Source of the DNA: Candidatus Bathyarchaeota archaeon
Lineage (GTDB): Archaea; Thermoproteota; Bathyarchaeia; Bathyarchaeales; DTEX01
NCBI GenBank assembly: GCA_018397065.1
Contig: JAGTRI010000002.1
Span: forward strand, 23,746 to 87,745
Length of the DNA: 64,000 nucleotides
Reading direction: 5' to 3'
A program made the translations under genes and the position numbers. Shown here in pieces: positions 35,052-44,432 of this stretch; position 1 is the stretch's first letter, and every line of letters begins with the position of its first letter. The notes beneath the pieces are model-generated. The model was not told where the DNA came from. It saw only the letters and a list, made by a program, of their open reading frames with translations, and made no database searches.

Positions 35052-35748
35052 GGTTGTTGACGCCGTAATATGATTTTAGCTCATGTGGGCTACCTTGTCC
35101 AATGACTTTTCCCTCGTTTATCAAAGCCACTTGGTTGCAGAGAAACTCAACCTCCAGCATGTTGTGGCTTGAGAGAAGGACGGTTACGCCATGAGTCTTC
35201 GCGTATTCCTGAATGATGCGTCTGACGTGAAAGGCGTGAACAACGTCTAAGCCGCTTGTCGGCTCATCCAGAATCGCGAGCTTAGGCTTCATCATCAAAG
35301 CCCTAGCCAGCAACAACCTTCGGTTCATTCCCTTACTGTAAGTTTTAACCCTGTCTTTCAATCTTTCGCCTAGCCCTGAAATCTTCGCAGCTTCCTCAAC
35401 GGCTGCTCTGCCCTCTTGAGGGCTTTGGTGATAAAAGTTCGCCATGAACTCGAGGTACTCGAACCCTGAAAGGTTTTTGTAGGCACCAGCCTCTTCTGGA
35501 AGGTAACTAATTATCCTTCGAACTTCAGATGGGTTCTTCTCCACGTCGTAACCGAAAATTTTGGCAGAACCCGAAGAAGGCTTAATAAGCGTGGCTAAAA
35601 TTCTTAAAGTTGTTGTTTTCCCCGCGCCGTTGGGACCTATTAACCCAAAAATTTCGCCACGCGTAACCGTGAAGCTTAATCCATTAAGAGCCTTTATGTC
35701 TCCAAATGTCTTAACAAGGTTTTTTGTTTCAACAGCGACGTTGTTCAT
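35014..35748 (-). CDS. ABC transporter ATP-binding protein (NatA/ABC-2 type)
   Basis: GPNGAGKTTT, YSKGMNRRL signature variant, AILDEPTSGLD. Confidence 0.92.
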   Translation of the reverse strand: MNNVAVETKNLVKTFGDIKALNGLSFTVTRGEIFGLIGPNGAGKTTTLRILATLIKPSSGSAKIFGYDVEKNPSEVRRIISYLPEEAGAYKNLSGFEYLEFMANFYHQSPQEGRAAVEEAAKISGLGERLKDRVKTYSKGMNRRLLLARALMMKPKLAILDEPTSGLDVVHAFHVRRIIQEYAKTHGVTVLLSSHNMLEVEFLCNQVALINEGKVIGQGSPHELKSYYGVNNLEDVFMEATKLG

Positions 35749-35950
35749 CTTTTCCCCACTCTTAAGATTCAGCTATCAAAACTTTATGACGATATTTAAA
35801 TGTAGTCTTAACTCGTTCATTTCTGTTGTAAAGAGACCCGCCTGCGAACAAACGTCCAATAGGAATAGAACCTAAGCCAAAGGGTTGACAGAACAAACAC
35901 CCTGAGAGAAATATGGTAATAAACCAGAAAGATTTTTTACAGCGTCCGCC

Positions 35951-36280
35951 TTGAAGGCTGGAAGCCTTGTTTTTGTCCTCTTTATCTGCATAACCTTGGT
36001 TGTCTCTGTTGTTACGCCAGTTGTGAACTTTTTAGGCATTGAAAGCACAGACTTGTCTTCTTCATATCAGGCTCAGATTATGGCTTACAATTTCGTAAAA
36101 GGCAGCCTTGTTCCATTTTATGGTGGTTACGCTTACATGTTTGAGGCGGGTCTGATTTTTGTTCTTTCACTCTTAATTTTATTTTTCATAACATTATTTT
36201 TGCATGTTGTCTACAGGATAATAGGTGGTTCCGGGCCAGTTCTTTACGCTTCGAACCACAGCGGGTTTTTAGGAAACTAA
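35951..36280 (+). CDS. hypothetical small membrane protein (TTG start, doubtful)
   Basis: Two or three predicted TM helices. No motif recognised. Confidence 0.3.
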   Translation: MKAGSLVFVLFICITLVVSVVTPVVNFLGIESTDLSSSYQAQIMAYNFVKGSLVPFYGGYAYMFEAGLIFVLSLLILFFITLFLHVVYRIIGGSGPVLYASNHSGFLGN

Positions 36281-36327
36281 AAAGCTTTTACACAAAGCAA
36301 AACATAAAAAGCGTTTAGTAACAATCA

Positions 36328-37299
36328 TTGAAAAAAATCAGTTATGTAAGGCGTCCAGAATTGAAAAGTCTTGTTATTGGAGACTTAAATGTTGACATAA
36401 TTGTTTCAGGCGCTCCACAACTGCCTGTTTTAGGTCACGAGATTCCATGTGAAGACATCCAAACCGTTATGGGCGGAGCAGCCTCCATCTTTGCTTGCAG
36501 ACTTGCGCAGCTAGGCGGAAACGTAGATATTTTTGGTAAACTTGGAAACGACGTGAACGGCAGCATAGTGCTAAAAAATTTCAGGTCAAGCGGCGTCGGC
36601 GTGGACAAGGTTAAAGTGCTTGTAGGCTTCAAAACTGGCATAACGATTTCTTTAACTTACCCAAAGAACAGAGCCCTCATAACGTACGTTGCTGGGATCG
36701 ATAATCTGACCAAGTTTGACGTTGACCCAGAGATTTTTCTTGGGTACAACCATCTTCATGTCTCTTCGATTTACATTTTAAGAAAAATGCTTAGCTCGTT
36801 TTCATGGTTATTTTCTGAAGCCAAAAAGCTCGGGTTAACAACTTCTTTGGATACGAACGATGATCCCCTGAATAAATACGAGTACATAGACGAAATCTTA
36901 AGGCATGTTGATATTTTCCTTCCAAACGACAAAGAAGCCAAAGCCATCACGGGCAAAAACAGCGTACGTGCCGCGCTTGAAAAGCTAAACGAAAAGGTTC
37001 CAGTAGTCGTCATAAAACAGGGCAGAAAAGGAGCAATTGGAAACGACGGCAAAAGAACGTTTAAAGTTAAGCCACTACACATTAAGCCTGTTGACACAAC
37101 AGGGGCAGGAGACTCGTTTGACGCAGGCTTCATTTATTACTATTTACATAAAAACCAAGACTTCAAGGCTTCCTTGGAGTTTGCTAACGCTTTAGGCGCC
37201 CTTTCATGCCTATACGTAGGAGGCGCTGAAGAAAGGATAACCGAGTTCGACGTAATTAAATTCATGGCGCAGCAGAAAGGGATGGAAAAGACAAGATGA
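36328..37299 (+). CDS. PfkB-family carbohydrate kinase
   Basis: VIGDLNVDII, GGAASIFA and the C-terminal DTTGAGDSFDAGF motif. Confidence 0.88.
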   Translation: MKKISYVRRPELKSLVIGDLNVDIIVSGAPQLPVLGHEIPCEDIQTVMGGAASIFACRLAQLGGNVDIFGKLGNDVNGSIVLKNFRSSGVGVDKVKVLVGFKTGITISLTYPKNRALITYVAGIDNLTKFDVDPEIFLGYNHLHVSSIYILRKMLSSFSWLFSEAKKLGLTTSLDTNDDPLNKYEYIDEILRHVDIFLPNDKEAKAITGKNSVRAALEKLNEKVPVVVIKQGRKGAIGNDGKRTFKVKPLHIKPVDTTGAGDSFDAGFIYYYLHKNQDFKASLEFANALGALSCLYVGGAEERITEFDVIKFMAQQKGMEKTR

Positions 37300-38525
37300 A
37301 TGCGCTTTATGAGATTATTAACTTGCCAAAAGACAAACGGGCAGAAATGGGAGTCGAGTACACGCCTTCAGAAATTGCGGCTCAGCCTCGGTTGTGGGTA
37401 GAGAACTTCGAAACCCTGAAAAAACAGAAAAACGAAATACTTGATTTTTTGGCTAAAAATGTTTTTTCGAAGCTAAACGCAAGGGTTATTCTTACAGGTG
37501 CAGGCTCATCCGCGCACGTAGGGCTGTCAGTTCAAAACCTGCTAAGGTTCATGTGGCAGCTAGACGTGGACACCCGACCAACAACGGACATCGTTACGCA
37601 TTGGGACTCGATCTTTCTCAAAAACGCCGATAACGTACTGGTTTCATTCGCAAGGTCAGGAAATAGCCCTGAAAGTATGGCAGCGATTGAGATTGCTGAA
37701 ATGTTTTGCCCAAAAATATCTCATATAGTAGTTACCTGCAACAAGGACGGAGCAACTGCCCAGTTCAGTAGAAAAAGAAGAAACGCTCTTCTCATCTTGC
37801 TTTCTGAGGAAACTAACGATAAGGGACTGGCGATGACAGCTTCGTTTACCACAATGTTGATGACCGCTCAGTTTCTGGCATACATAAAAAACCTGAACGA
37901 ATATGAAAAAATAATAAAGAGCATTTCTGAAATAACCCAAACGCTGTTTGACAACTACTCGAGCCTAATAAAAGACATCGCAAACACAGAGTTTGAAAGA
38001 GCAGTTTTCTTAGGAAGCGGATGCTTGTATGGCTGCGCAGTTGAGTCAGCCCTGAAACTGCAGGAGATGACAGACGGCAAAATAATCTGTAAAGCCGACA
38101 CATTTCTGGGAGTTAGGCATGGACCAGAAGCCGTAGTAAACGATAAAACCTTGGTTGTTTACTTCCTCTCTTCAGATCCGTTTGTCAGAAAATATGAATT
38201 AGACTTGATGAAAGAAATCAAGGACAAGGACCTTGGCATGACTAAACTGGTGGTATGCGACAAATTAGGCAATGAGGCAGCTGAAAACGTGGATCAAAGC
38301 CTAGAATTTGATAGAGAAGGCAAGTTCAAAGTTCCAGACCCGTGTAGACCCCTCGTAGACGTTACAGTTGGTCAGATGCTTGGACTCTTCAAATCCCTAG
38401 CCATCGGACTGAAGCCAGACAACCCAAGCGTAAAAGGCGTAATCAACAGAGTCGTAAAAGGAGTAAAAATATACCACCACAAAACACTAACAAAAACCAC
38501 ATGCAAAAAAGCACTTTCACCGTAG
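37296..38525 (+). CDS. double-SIS-domain sugar-phosphate isomerase/deaminase, AgaS-like
   Basis: YTPSEIAAQPRLW N-terminus and ILTGAGSSAHVG SIS motif. 4-nt overlap with the kinase gene. Confidence 0.82.
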   Translation: MNALYEIINLPKDKRAEMGVEYTPSEIAAQPRLWVENFETLKKQKNEILDFLAKNVFSKLNARVILTGAGSSAHVGLSVQNLLRFMWQLDVDTRPTTDIVTHWDSIFLKNADNVLVSFARSGNSPESMAAIEIAEMFCPKISHIVVTCNKDGATAQFSRKRRNALLILLSEETNDKGLAMTASFTTMLMTAQFLAYIKNLNEYEKIIKSISEITQTLFDNYSSLIKDIANTEFERAVFLGSGCLYGCAVESALKLQEMTDGKIICKADTFLGVRHGPEAVVNDKTLVVYFLSSDPFVRKYELDLMKEIKDKDLGMTKLVVCDKLGNEAAENVDQSLEFDREGKFKVPDPCRPLVDVTVGQMLGLFKSLAIGLKPDNPSVKGVINRVVKGVKIYHHKTLTKTTCKKALSP

Positions 38526-38533
38526 GTGCGAAA

Positions 38534-38578
38534 CCCACAATTCCACAGCGTTTCCACAGAGCCTATATAAAGAAAAAA
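38534..38578 (+). repeat. copy B of conserved TCCACA-repeat/TATA element (core 38552-38578)
   Basis: CCCACA at 38534, TCCACA at 38542 and 38553, then GAGCCTATATAAAGAAAAAA. Confidence 0.9.
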
Positions 38579-38631
38579 TTCCGCGCATCCACGGAACAAC
38601 AGCAAAACAGGACAGGATAGCCAAAAAAACT

Positions 38632-38660
38632 GACCCGACTATATACTTCCCTCCTTCCTC
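38632..38660. promoter_or_regulatory. TATA box abutted by a C-rich box, upstream of dph2
   Basis: GACCCGACTATATACTTCCCTCCTTCCTC. Confidence 0.6.
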
Positions 38661-38783
38661 ACCACCGTGAACAGACAACAATAAACGTGCAACCAATAAT
38701 CCTAGACAACCCTTATTTTGAACAATAGGCAAAAATAAAGATAGGAACAAACCTCAAAAAACAGTTTTACCGAGAACCAAAAA

Positions 38784-39788
38784 ATGTCAAAAGAACTATT
38801 CGACCTCGAAATTGAACAAATCCAAAAAACAGTCCAACAACACAACGCCAAAAAGGTCTTAATTCAATTACCTGAAGGACTGAAACCTCAAGCTCCTAAA
38901 CTAGCTGAAGCCATAGAAAAAGCCGGAGCCCAAGCCATCATTTCAGGAGACCCATGCTACGGAGCCTGCGACCTTATGATTTGCGAAGCTGAAAACCTAG
39001 GCGTCGACCTCGTTATTCACTGCGGACATTCAGAATTGATTAAACCAAAAACCCGCGTCCCAATAGTGTACTTTCACGCAAAAGCCAATCTTGACATAAA
39101 ACCAGCAGTAAAAAAGGCAGTGCAGCTCCTAAAACCGTGGACAAAAATTGGGTTGGCAACAACCATCCATCACGTAGACCAACTTGAACAAGCTAGGAAA
39201 ATCCTCGAAAAAGCCCAAAAAACGGTGTTCATCGGAGACACCGGGCACGGCAAAAGCCCGGGACAAATACTTGGGTGCGACTACACAAACGCCAAGGCCA
39301 TCTCAGACAAGGTTGAAGCATACCTCTTCATAGGCGGAGGGCAATTCCACCCGCTCGGACTGTCCCTTGCAACAATGAAGCCCACAGTGGTCGCCGATCC
39401 ATTCGGGAACGCAGCCTACACAATCGAAGTGGAGGCGCAGAGAACCCTGCAGAAAAGGTATGCAAGCATCAAAGAATCTCAAAAAGCACAAAACTTTGGC
39501 ATAATCATAGGGCTGAAACCAGGCCAAACCAACATTCAAGCGGCAACAAATATTAAAACGGAACTTGAATCAAACGGAAAAAAGGCAACATTACTGGCTT
39601 TACGCGAAATCACACCTGACGCTCTCATGCAGTTCCCAACCATAGAGGCATACGTCAACACATCTTGCCCAAGAATCGCACTGGACGGATCTTCAGTCTT
39701 CAAAAAACCCGTTCTCACAATAGCCGAGACTCACGTAGCTCTCGGAAAGACAAAGTGGGAAGACCTACTGGAGAAAGGACTGTTATAA
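38784..39788 (+). CDS. dph2: 2-(3-amino-3-carboxypropyl)histidine synthase (diphthamide synthesis Dph2)
   Basis: KKVLIQLPEGLK, GDPCYGACD and TSCPRIA, which includes a Cys ligand region. Confidence 0.88.
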   Translation: MSKELFDLEIEQIQKTVQQHNAKKVLIQLPEGLKPQAPKLAEAIEKAGAQAIISGDPCYGACDLMICEAENLGVDLVIHCGHSELIKPKTRVPIVYFHAKANLDIKPAVKKAVQLLKPWTKIGLATTIHHVDQLEQARKILEKAQKTVFIGDTGHGKSPGQILGCDYTNAKAISDKVEAYLFIGGGQFHPLGLSLATMKPTVVADPFGNAAYTIEVEAQRTLQKRYASIKESQKAQNFGIIIGLKPGQTNIQAATNIKTELESNGKKATLLALREITPDALMQFPTIEAYVNTSCPRIALDGSSVFKKPVLTIAETHVALGKTKWEDLLEKGLL

Positions 39789-39818
39789 AAAGGGCTTAAA
39801 CAAGCGAGCGGAAAACTC

Positions 39819-40433
39819 ATGATAAAAAAGAAGCACCTCTCAATTCTTTTGTCCAAGCTTTCTCCAAGCCCAAGCCCCAAACTAAAATGGGAAGGATACA
39901 CACTTGACCCCGAATCTGCGTCTGAGATGATTCATGTTGCCTCATGGATAAACAATGACATCAAAGGAAAAACCGTGATAGACCTAGGCTGCGGGTCAGG
40001 CATCTTAGCAATCGGAGCTGCATTAGCCGGAGCAAAAGACGTTTACGGCGTAGACATTGACAAAGAAGCAGTCAAAGCTGCCAAGAAAAACGCGGAAAAA
40101 ACGGGTGTGAGAACGGAATTAATCGCAGGAGACATCGATTGTGTGAGGGGATGCTTTGATACAACGTTAATGAATCCGCCGTTCGGAACCCGAAAACGGG
40201 GAGCCGACATATTATTCCTAAGAAAGGCGCTTGAAATCTCAGATGTCGTTTATTCTCTTCATAAAAAGGGCAGCTCAACCAGCGAATTTCTAAGGCAAAA
40301 GATTCCTGAAATTGGGGGAAAAATCGACCAAGTTCGAGAAATGGAAATTGCAATCCGTCGCACCTACAGCTTCCACAGAAAACGAAACTACAAGGTTAAA
40401 GTCAACCTTTACAGAATCATAAAAATGGGCTAA
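39819..40433 (+). CDS. METTL5-like RNA N6-adenine methyltransferase (COG2263)
   Basis: DLGCGSGILAIGA SAM motif and NPPFG catalytic motif. Conserved position between dph2 and csl4. Confidence 0.8.
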   Translation: MIKKKHLSILLSKLSPSPSPKLKWEGYTLDPESASEMIHVASWINNDIKGKTVIDLGCGSGILAIGAALAGAKDVYGVDIDKEAVKAAKKNAEKTGVRTELIAGDIDCVRGCFDTTLMNPPFGTRKRGADILFLRKALEISDVVYSLHKKGSSTSEFLRQKIPEIGGKIDQVREMEIAIRRTYSFHRKRNYKVKVNLYRIIKMG

Positions 40434-40535
40434 ACTCAGTTTTCTGTTTCACACAAATGACAGCAAAGCTAATATGTGAGCTTCTAATGGTTTCTTTAAG
40501 GGCCAATCCGAGAACAGAGAAAAGATGAACCAGTT

Positions 40536-41108
40536 ATGAGCAAAGAAAGACAAAGCGGACAGTTCGTGGTTCCAGGACAAAAACTCGGCGTCATAGAAGA
40601 GTTCATAGCGAACCAAGGTACATACGTTGAAGACGGCGTAATATATTCAAAAAATGTTGGACACGTCCTCATGGACCTCGTGAACAAAAAGGTCTCAGTC
40701 TACCCTGCAGCTCGAAACTACAACGTTCCATACGTTGGAGCCACAGTAGTCGGAGACGTTACTGGCGTCCAAAGCTCAATGGTAAATGTCCGCATAACAA
40801 AGGTTGGATCAAGGTTCATATCTGGACATTTTTCAGGCATCATCCATATTTCAGATGTTAGCTTTAATTACACCGATAATATTTTTGATGCTTACAGAGC
40901 TGGTGACCTAGTTCGAGCCAAAGTCATAAGTGACAAAAACCAGATTTATCATCTTTCAACAAAAGGCGAAAACCTCGGCGTTCTCTTAGCCTACTGTTCA
41001 CACTGCGGAGCCATCTTAGCCCTAAGACAGAATGAGCTGAAATGCGAAGAATGTGGACACGTTGAAAGACGAAAGATAGCCCAAGACTACGGAAAAGGAA
41101 CAATTTAA
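40536..41108 (+). CDS. csl4: exosome complex RNA-binding protein Csl4
   Basis: VVPGQKLGVIEEF N-terminal domain, S1 domain, and C-terminal zinc ribbon CSHCG..CEECG. Confidence 0.85.
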   Translation: MSKERQSGQFVVPGQKLGVIEEFIANQGTYVEDGVIYSKNVGHVLMDLVNKKVSVYPAARNYNVPYVGATVVGDVTGVQSSMVNVRITKVGSRFISGHFSGIIHISDVSFNYTDNIFDAYRAGDLVRAKVISDKNQIYHLSTKGENLGVLLAYCSHCGAILALRQNELKCEECGHVERRKIAQDYGKGTI

Positions 41109-41130
41109 ACAAAGTATAGAGGAAAAGGCG

Positions 41131-41424
41131 ATGCAAGTAAAAGTTGTAAAAAAGACAGAAAACGAATTAACAATTGAGGTTGAAGGCGAAGGACACACCC
41201 TGTTCAACCTGTTAGAATCCGTTCTTCTCGAAGATGAAAAAGTAGAGTTTGCAAGCTACAAAATGCCACATCCACTAATATCAAACACTGTCGTAACCAT
41301 TCGAACAACAAAAGGCAAAACACCCGAAGAAGCCGTAAAAGACGCTTGTGAAAAAATCCTTCAAAGAGGCAAAGAACTCAACGCAGCCTTCACCGATGCG
41401 CTTCAACAGAAAACAAAAGAATGA
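41131..41424 (+). CDS. rpoL: DNA-directed RNA polymerase subunit L (Rpo11)
   Basis: ELTIEVEGEGHTLFNLL and YKMPHPL motifs. Confidence 0.88.
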   Translation: MQVKVVKKTENELTIEVEGEGHTLFNLLESVLLEDEKVEFASYKMPHPLISNTVVTIRTTKGKTPEEAVKDACEKILQRGKELNAAFTDALQQKTKE

Positions 41425-41468
41425 CCACAACCAACTCCAATTTTTCCCAGTTTAAGAAAAACCATTTC

Positions 41469-41777
41469 TTATCCAAGTTTTACGCCTACAGCCACACCTG
41501 CGATGAAGCTTCCAGCAAAAGGAAGATTCGCAACCATCGGCGTTAAAGCAGCGGAGGCTGAACCAGCCTTGCCCATGATGTTCTCAATAATCTGAGCTAG
41601 CTTGTCATAATTTATGCTGATGACACCCTCGTAGCCTAAGTAGATAAGAATAAGGGCGCCTACGCCAATAAGAACAGCAACAATCTTTGTGATTTTCTTC
41701 ACAGCGTACCCTACGAAGAACCCTAAGAACCCGCCAATTCCCAGCTGGTAAACAATTGGAGTAAGAACCTCACTCAA
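41469..41777 (-). CDS. FUN14-family membrane protein
   Basis: 102 aa with three glycine-rich TM helices (GIGGFLGFFVGYAVKK). Confidence 0.62.
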   Translation of the reverse strand: MSEVLTPIVYQLGIGGFLGFFVGYAVKKITKIVAVLIGVGALILIYLGYEGVISINYDKLAQIIENIMGKAGSASAALTPMVANLPFAGSFIAGVAVGVKLG

Positions 41778-41838
41778 ACCATTAGCCTTCTGGAATCCTT
41801 TCCCTAATAAATATAATTATTAATTCTCTTAATCAATA

Positions 41839-42255
41839 TTAAGCCTTCTCCATTTTTAGCTTTTCAACGATTACCTGCAACAAACTGCAGAAGGCATCCT
41901 CCAAACTTTCTTCTTTCATTATTATGTAGACCGCTTCTTCTAACGAGACAACCTTATTTAGCCAAGCGTAGACAATCAAAGCTTCAGCTGCATCCGCCTG
42001 CTTATGTCGGTCTGTCCTTGAAGGCAAAAGCGAACGCAACCCTGAATTTCGAACCGCCATGGCTAAAACAGAGCTTTTCAGCTTTCTACCAACAGGCTTA
42101 TGTTGTTTTTCTGAAAGCGCCAACGAATATACGAAATTCACGTAGGCGTCTCCCAACATGGCCAAATCGCGGTCTAAAAGTACATCTTGCAAGCTAATGT
42201 GTTTTGAAGCGAAACTAAAATGTTTCAAAAAGCCTTGACAATCACAAATCCGCAT
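41839..42255 (-). CDS. RNase III-domain protein without dsRBD (mini-RNase III-like, archaeal type)
   Basis: LAMLGDAYVNF resembles the RNase III signature xLEFLGDA. KQADAAEALIVYAWL resembles ADxxEALIGAIYL. Confidence 0.6.
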   Translation of the reverse strand: MRICDCQGFLKHFSFASKHISLQDVLLDRDLAMLGDAYVNFVYSLALSEKQHKPVGRKLKSSVLAMAVRNSGLRSLLPSRTDRHKQADAAEALIVYAWLNKVVSLEEAVYIIMKEESLEDAFCSLLQVIVEKLKMEKA

Positions 42256-42390
42256 ACCAAACCCTTCAACAGAAGGTTTTTAAGATGTTTCCAAAGGATA
42301 AAGGTTTACTGAACCCAAGAATAATAGTGTAGAACAACCATAAGATTCATGAAAAAATCGTCTTTTCAACCTTCGGAAGCTTGAAAAACC

Positions 42391-43452
42391 TTGATCCGCA
42401 CAGTCATATTGAAAGTAAACTGCGAGAAACCTGAAAAGCCAAAAATCAAAGCAGCAGCAGACGTGATTCGAAAAGGAGGGCTTGTTGCCTTTCCAACTGA
42501 AACAGTTTACGGTCTCGGAGCAGATGCCTTAAACGCTAAGGCGGTCAAGCGAATTTACGAAGCGAAGAAAAGACCATTGGATAACCCTATAATCGTTCAC
42601 GTGGCAACTAAACAAGAAATTTTACAGTTAACTGAAAATATTCCATTAAAGGCGAATAAACTCATGAGTATCTTCTGGCCTGGACCACTGACCTTAGTTT
42701 TGAAAGCGTCTGACAAAGTGCCTAAAGCTATCACGGGTGGATTGGACACAGTTGCCGTTAGAATGCCTAGACACAATGTTGCCTTGGCGCTGATAAAGGA
42801 GTCAGGCGTGCCAATAGCAGCTCCAAGCGCAAACCTTTCTGGAAGACCCAGCCCAACTACAGCTGAACATGTGAACCAGGACTTGGATGGCAGAATAGAG
42901 ATGATTCTCGACGGTGGACCCACAAATATAGGTGTCGAATCAACAGTACTTGACGTTACAGTGGATCCTCCTATAATTTTGAGGCCGGGTGGAACATCGT
43001 ACGAGGAACTGGTAAAGGCGCTTGGCCAAGTGAATATTCATCCAGCTGCTTTAGCAGAAAAAAGTGTTCGTATAGCGAAGGTTCCCTCTCCAGGCATGAA
43101 ACATAGACATTACGCTCCAAGAGCTGAACTTGTGCTGATCGAAGGAAACATCAAGCCTACAGCAAAAAAGATTCAACAGATCATTGATCAGAACAAAAAG
43201 AATGGAAAAAAGGTCGGCGTTCTGGCTACAGACGAAACAAAAAGCATGTACACGGCAGATACGGTGAAATCGCTCGGTTCAAGAGCGGACTTGTCGTCTG
43301 CGGCAAGAAGCCTCTTTAGGTTGCTTAGGGAATTCGACGAGGAAAAAGTGGACATAATAGTAGCTGAAGGCGTGCCACTTGAGGGTTTAGGCCTTGCAGT
43401 TATGAACAGGCTTAGGAAGGCGTCAAACTACAGAATCGTTAAAGTAGACTAG
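42391..43452 (+). CDS. sua5: L-threonylcarbamoyladenylate synthase Sua5/TsaC with Sua5 C-terminal domain
   Basis: GGLVAFPTETVYGLGADA, PSANLSGRPSPT and LRPGG. Confidence 0.93.
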   Translation: MIRTVILKVNCEKPEKPKIKAAADVIRKGGLVAFPTETVYGLGADALNAKAVKRIYEAKKRPLDNPIIVHVATKQEILQLTENIPLKANKLMSIFWPGPLTLVLKASDKVPKAITGGLDTVAVRMPRHNVALALIKESGVPIAAPSANLSGRPSPTTAEHVNQDLDGRIEMILDGGPTNIGVESTVLDVTVDPPIILRPGGTSYEELVKALGQVNIHPAALAEKSVRIAKVPSPGMKHRHYAPRAELVLIEGNIKPTAKKIQQIIDQNKKNGKKVGVLATDETKSMYTADTVKSLGSRADLSSAARSLFRLLREFDEEKVDIIVAEGVPLEGLGLAVMNRLRKASNYRIVKVD

Positions 43453-44432
43453 ACGATGTCGCTTTCCTGATCTAGATCGTCGCCACCTTCCTCGGTATCT
43501 TCCAAGCCTTTTTCAGAGATTTTAAAGCGAACAGGAACTTCCGGAAGGTATGGGCTGTCAATTACTCGAGCAACTCTTATACCTTTGCTTCCCTTGCGAA
43601 GGTAAATTCTGTGAGTGCAAGCGTGCGCCATAATGTTTCCACCAGCTGGCCTGTTAGGATCTCCGAAGAACGCTGTTGGGTTAGCCTGAACCTGGTTTGT
43701 GACCACAACCGCCAAGTTGTACGCTTCTGACAGCCTTATAAGTTTGTGGAGGTACTGGTTTAGTTTTTGTTGACGTTCAGCCAGAGTTTCACGGCCGACA
43801 TATTCTCCTCTGAAGTGGCTTATCATGCTGTCCACGACAACGAGTTTAATGTTGTTATCTGGGCAAAGGGTGAACAACCTGTCGATCAAGAGACACTGGT
43901 GACTACTGTTGTAGGCTCTTGCCACGAAAATGTTGCCTGCGATATTCTGAGGGTCAAGACCGTTTAAGGTTGCAATTTGATAAACCCGTTCAGGCATAAA
44001 TGTTCCCTCCGTGTCGATGAAGGCAACTTTTCCCCCTAACCCTCCTTGTTCAGGCGGCAGCTGGGCCATAACAGAAAGCATAAGGCAAAGCTGTGTTTTT
44101 CCCGAGCCGAATTCTCCAATCAGCTCGGTTAGTGCCTGGGTTTCTATTCCTCCACCAAGCGCTTCATCGAGCTTTCTACTTCCTGTAGTACACTTCTTCA
44201 TTGTTTGCCTTTTCTCGTAAAACTCCTGTGCCGTTTTGAAGTCGGTTGCAACCATCTGCCGAGCGGCTTCTTGAATCTTTAGAATCGTGTTGAAGCCTAT
44301 GTTTGTTTTTTCCATAATTTCTCGAGGCGGAGTAACAGCGATTGCCTCTATAGTCGTGAATCCTGAGGCTCTCAACTTAGCCGCCGTGGTTGAGCCTACG
44401 CCATTTAGGGACTCAAGATCGTCTGACATCAA
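43449..44432 (-). CDS. radA: DNA repair and recombination protein RadA
   Basis: HhH N-terminus GVGSTTAAKL, Walker A GEFGSGKTQ, Walker B LVVVDS. Acidic C-terminal tail. Confidence 0.96.
   Translation of the reverse strand: MMSDDLESLNGVGSTTAAKLRASGFTTIEAIAVTPPREIMEKTNIGFNTILKIQEAARQMVATDFKTAQEFYEKRQTMKKCTTGSRKLDEALGGGIETQALTELIGEFGSGKTQLCLMLSVMAQLPPEQGGLGGKVAFIDTEGTFMPERVYQIATLNGLDPQNIAGNIFVARAYNSSHQCLLIDRLFTLCPDNNIKLVVVDSMISHFRGEYVGRETLAERQQKLNQYLHKLIRLSEAYNLAVVVTNQVQANPTAFFGDPNRPAGGNIMAHACTHRIYLRKGSKGIRVARVIDSPYLPEVPVRFKISEKGLEDTEEGGDDLDQESDIV

Noticed and set aside
38372-38605. Minus-strand ORFs 38372-38605 and 54921-55160 share the peptide FFLYIGSVETLW, which suggests a small protein family.
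   Set aside because: The shared peptide is simply the translation of the 27-nt DNA repeat. Similarity ends at the repeat borders, and the rest overlaps real genes in antisense.
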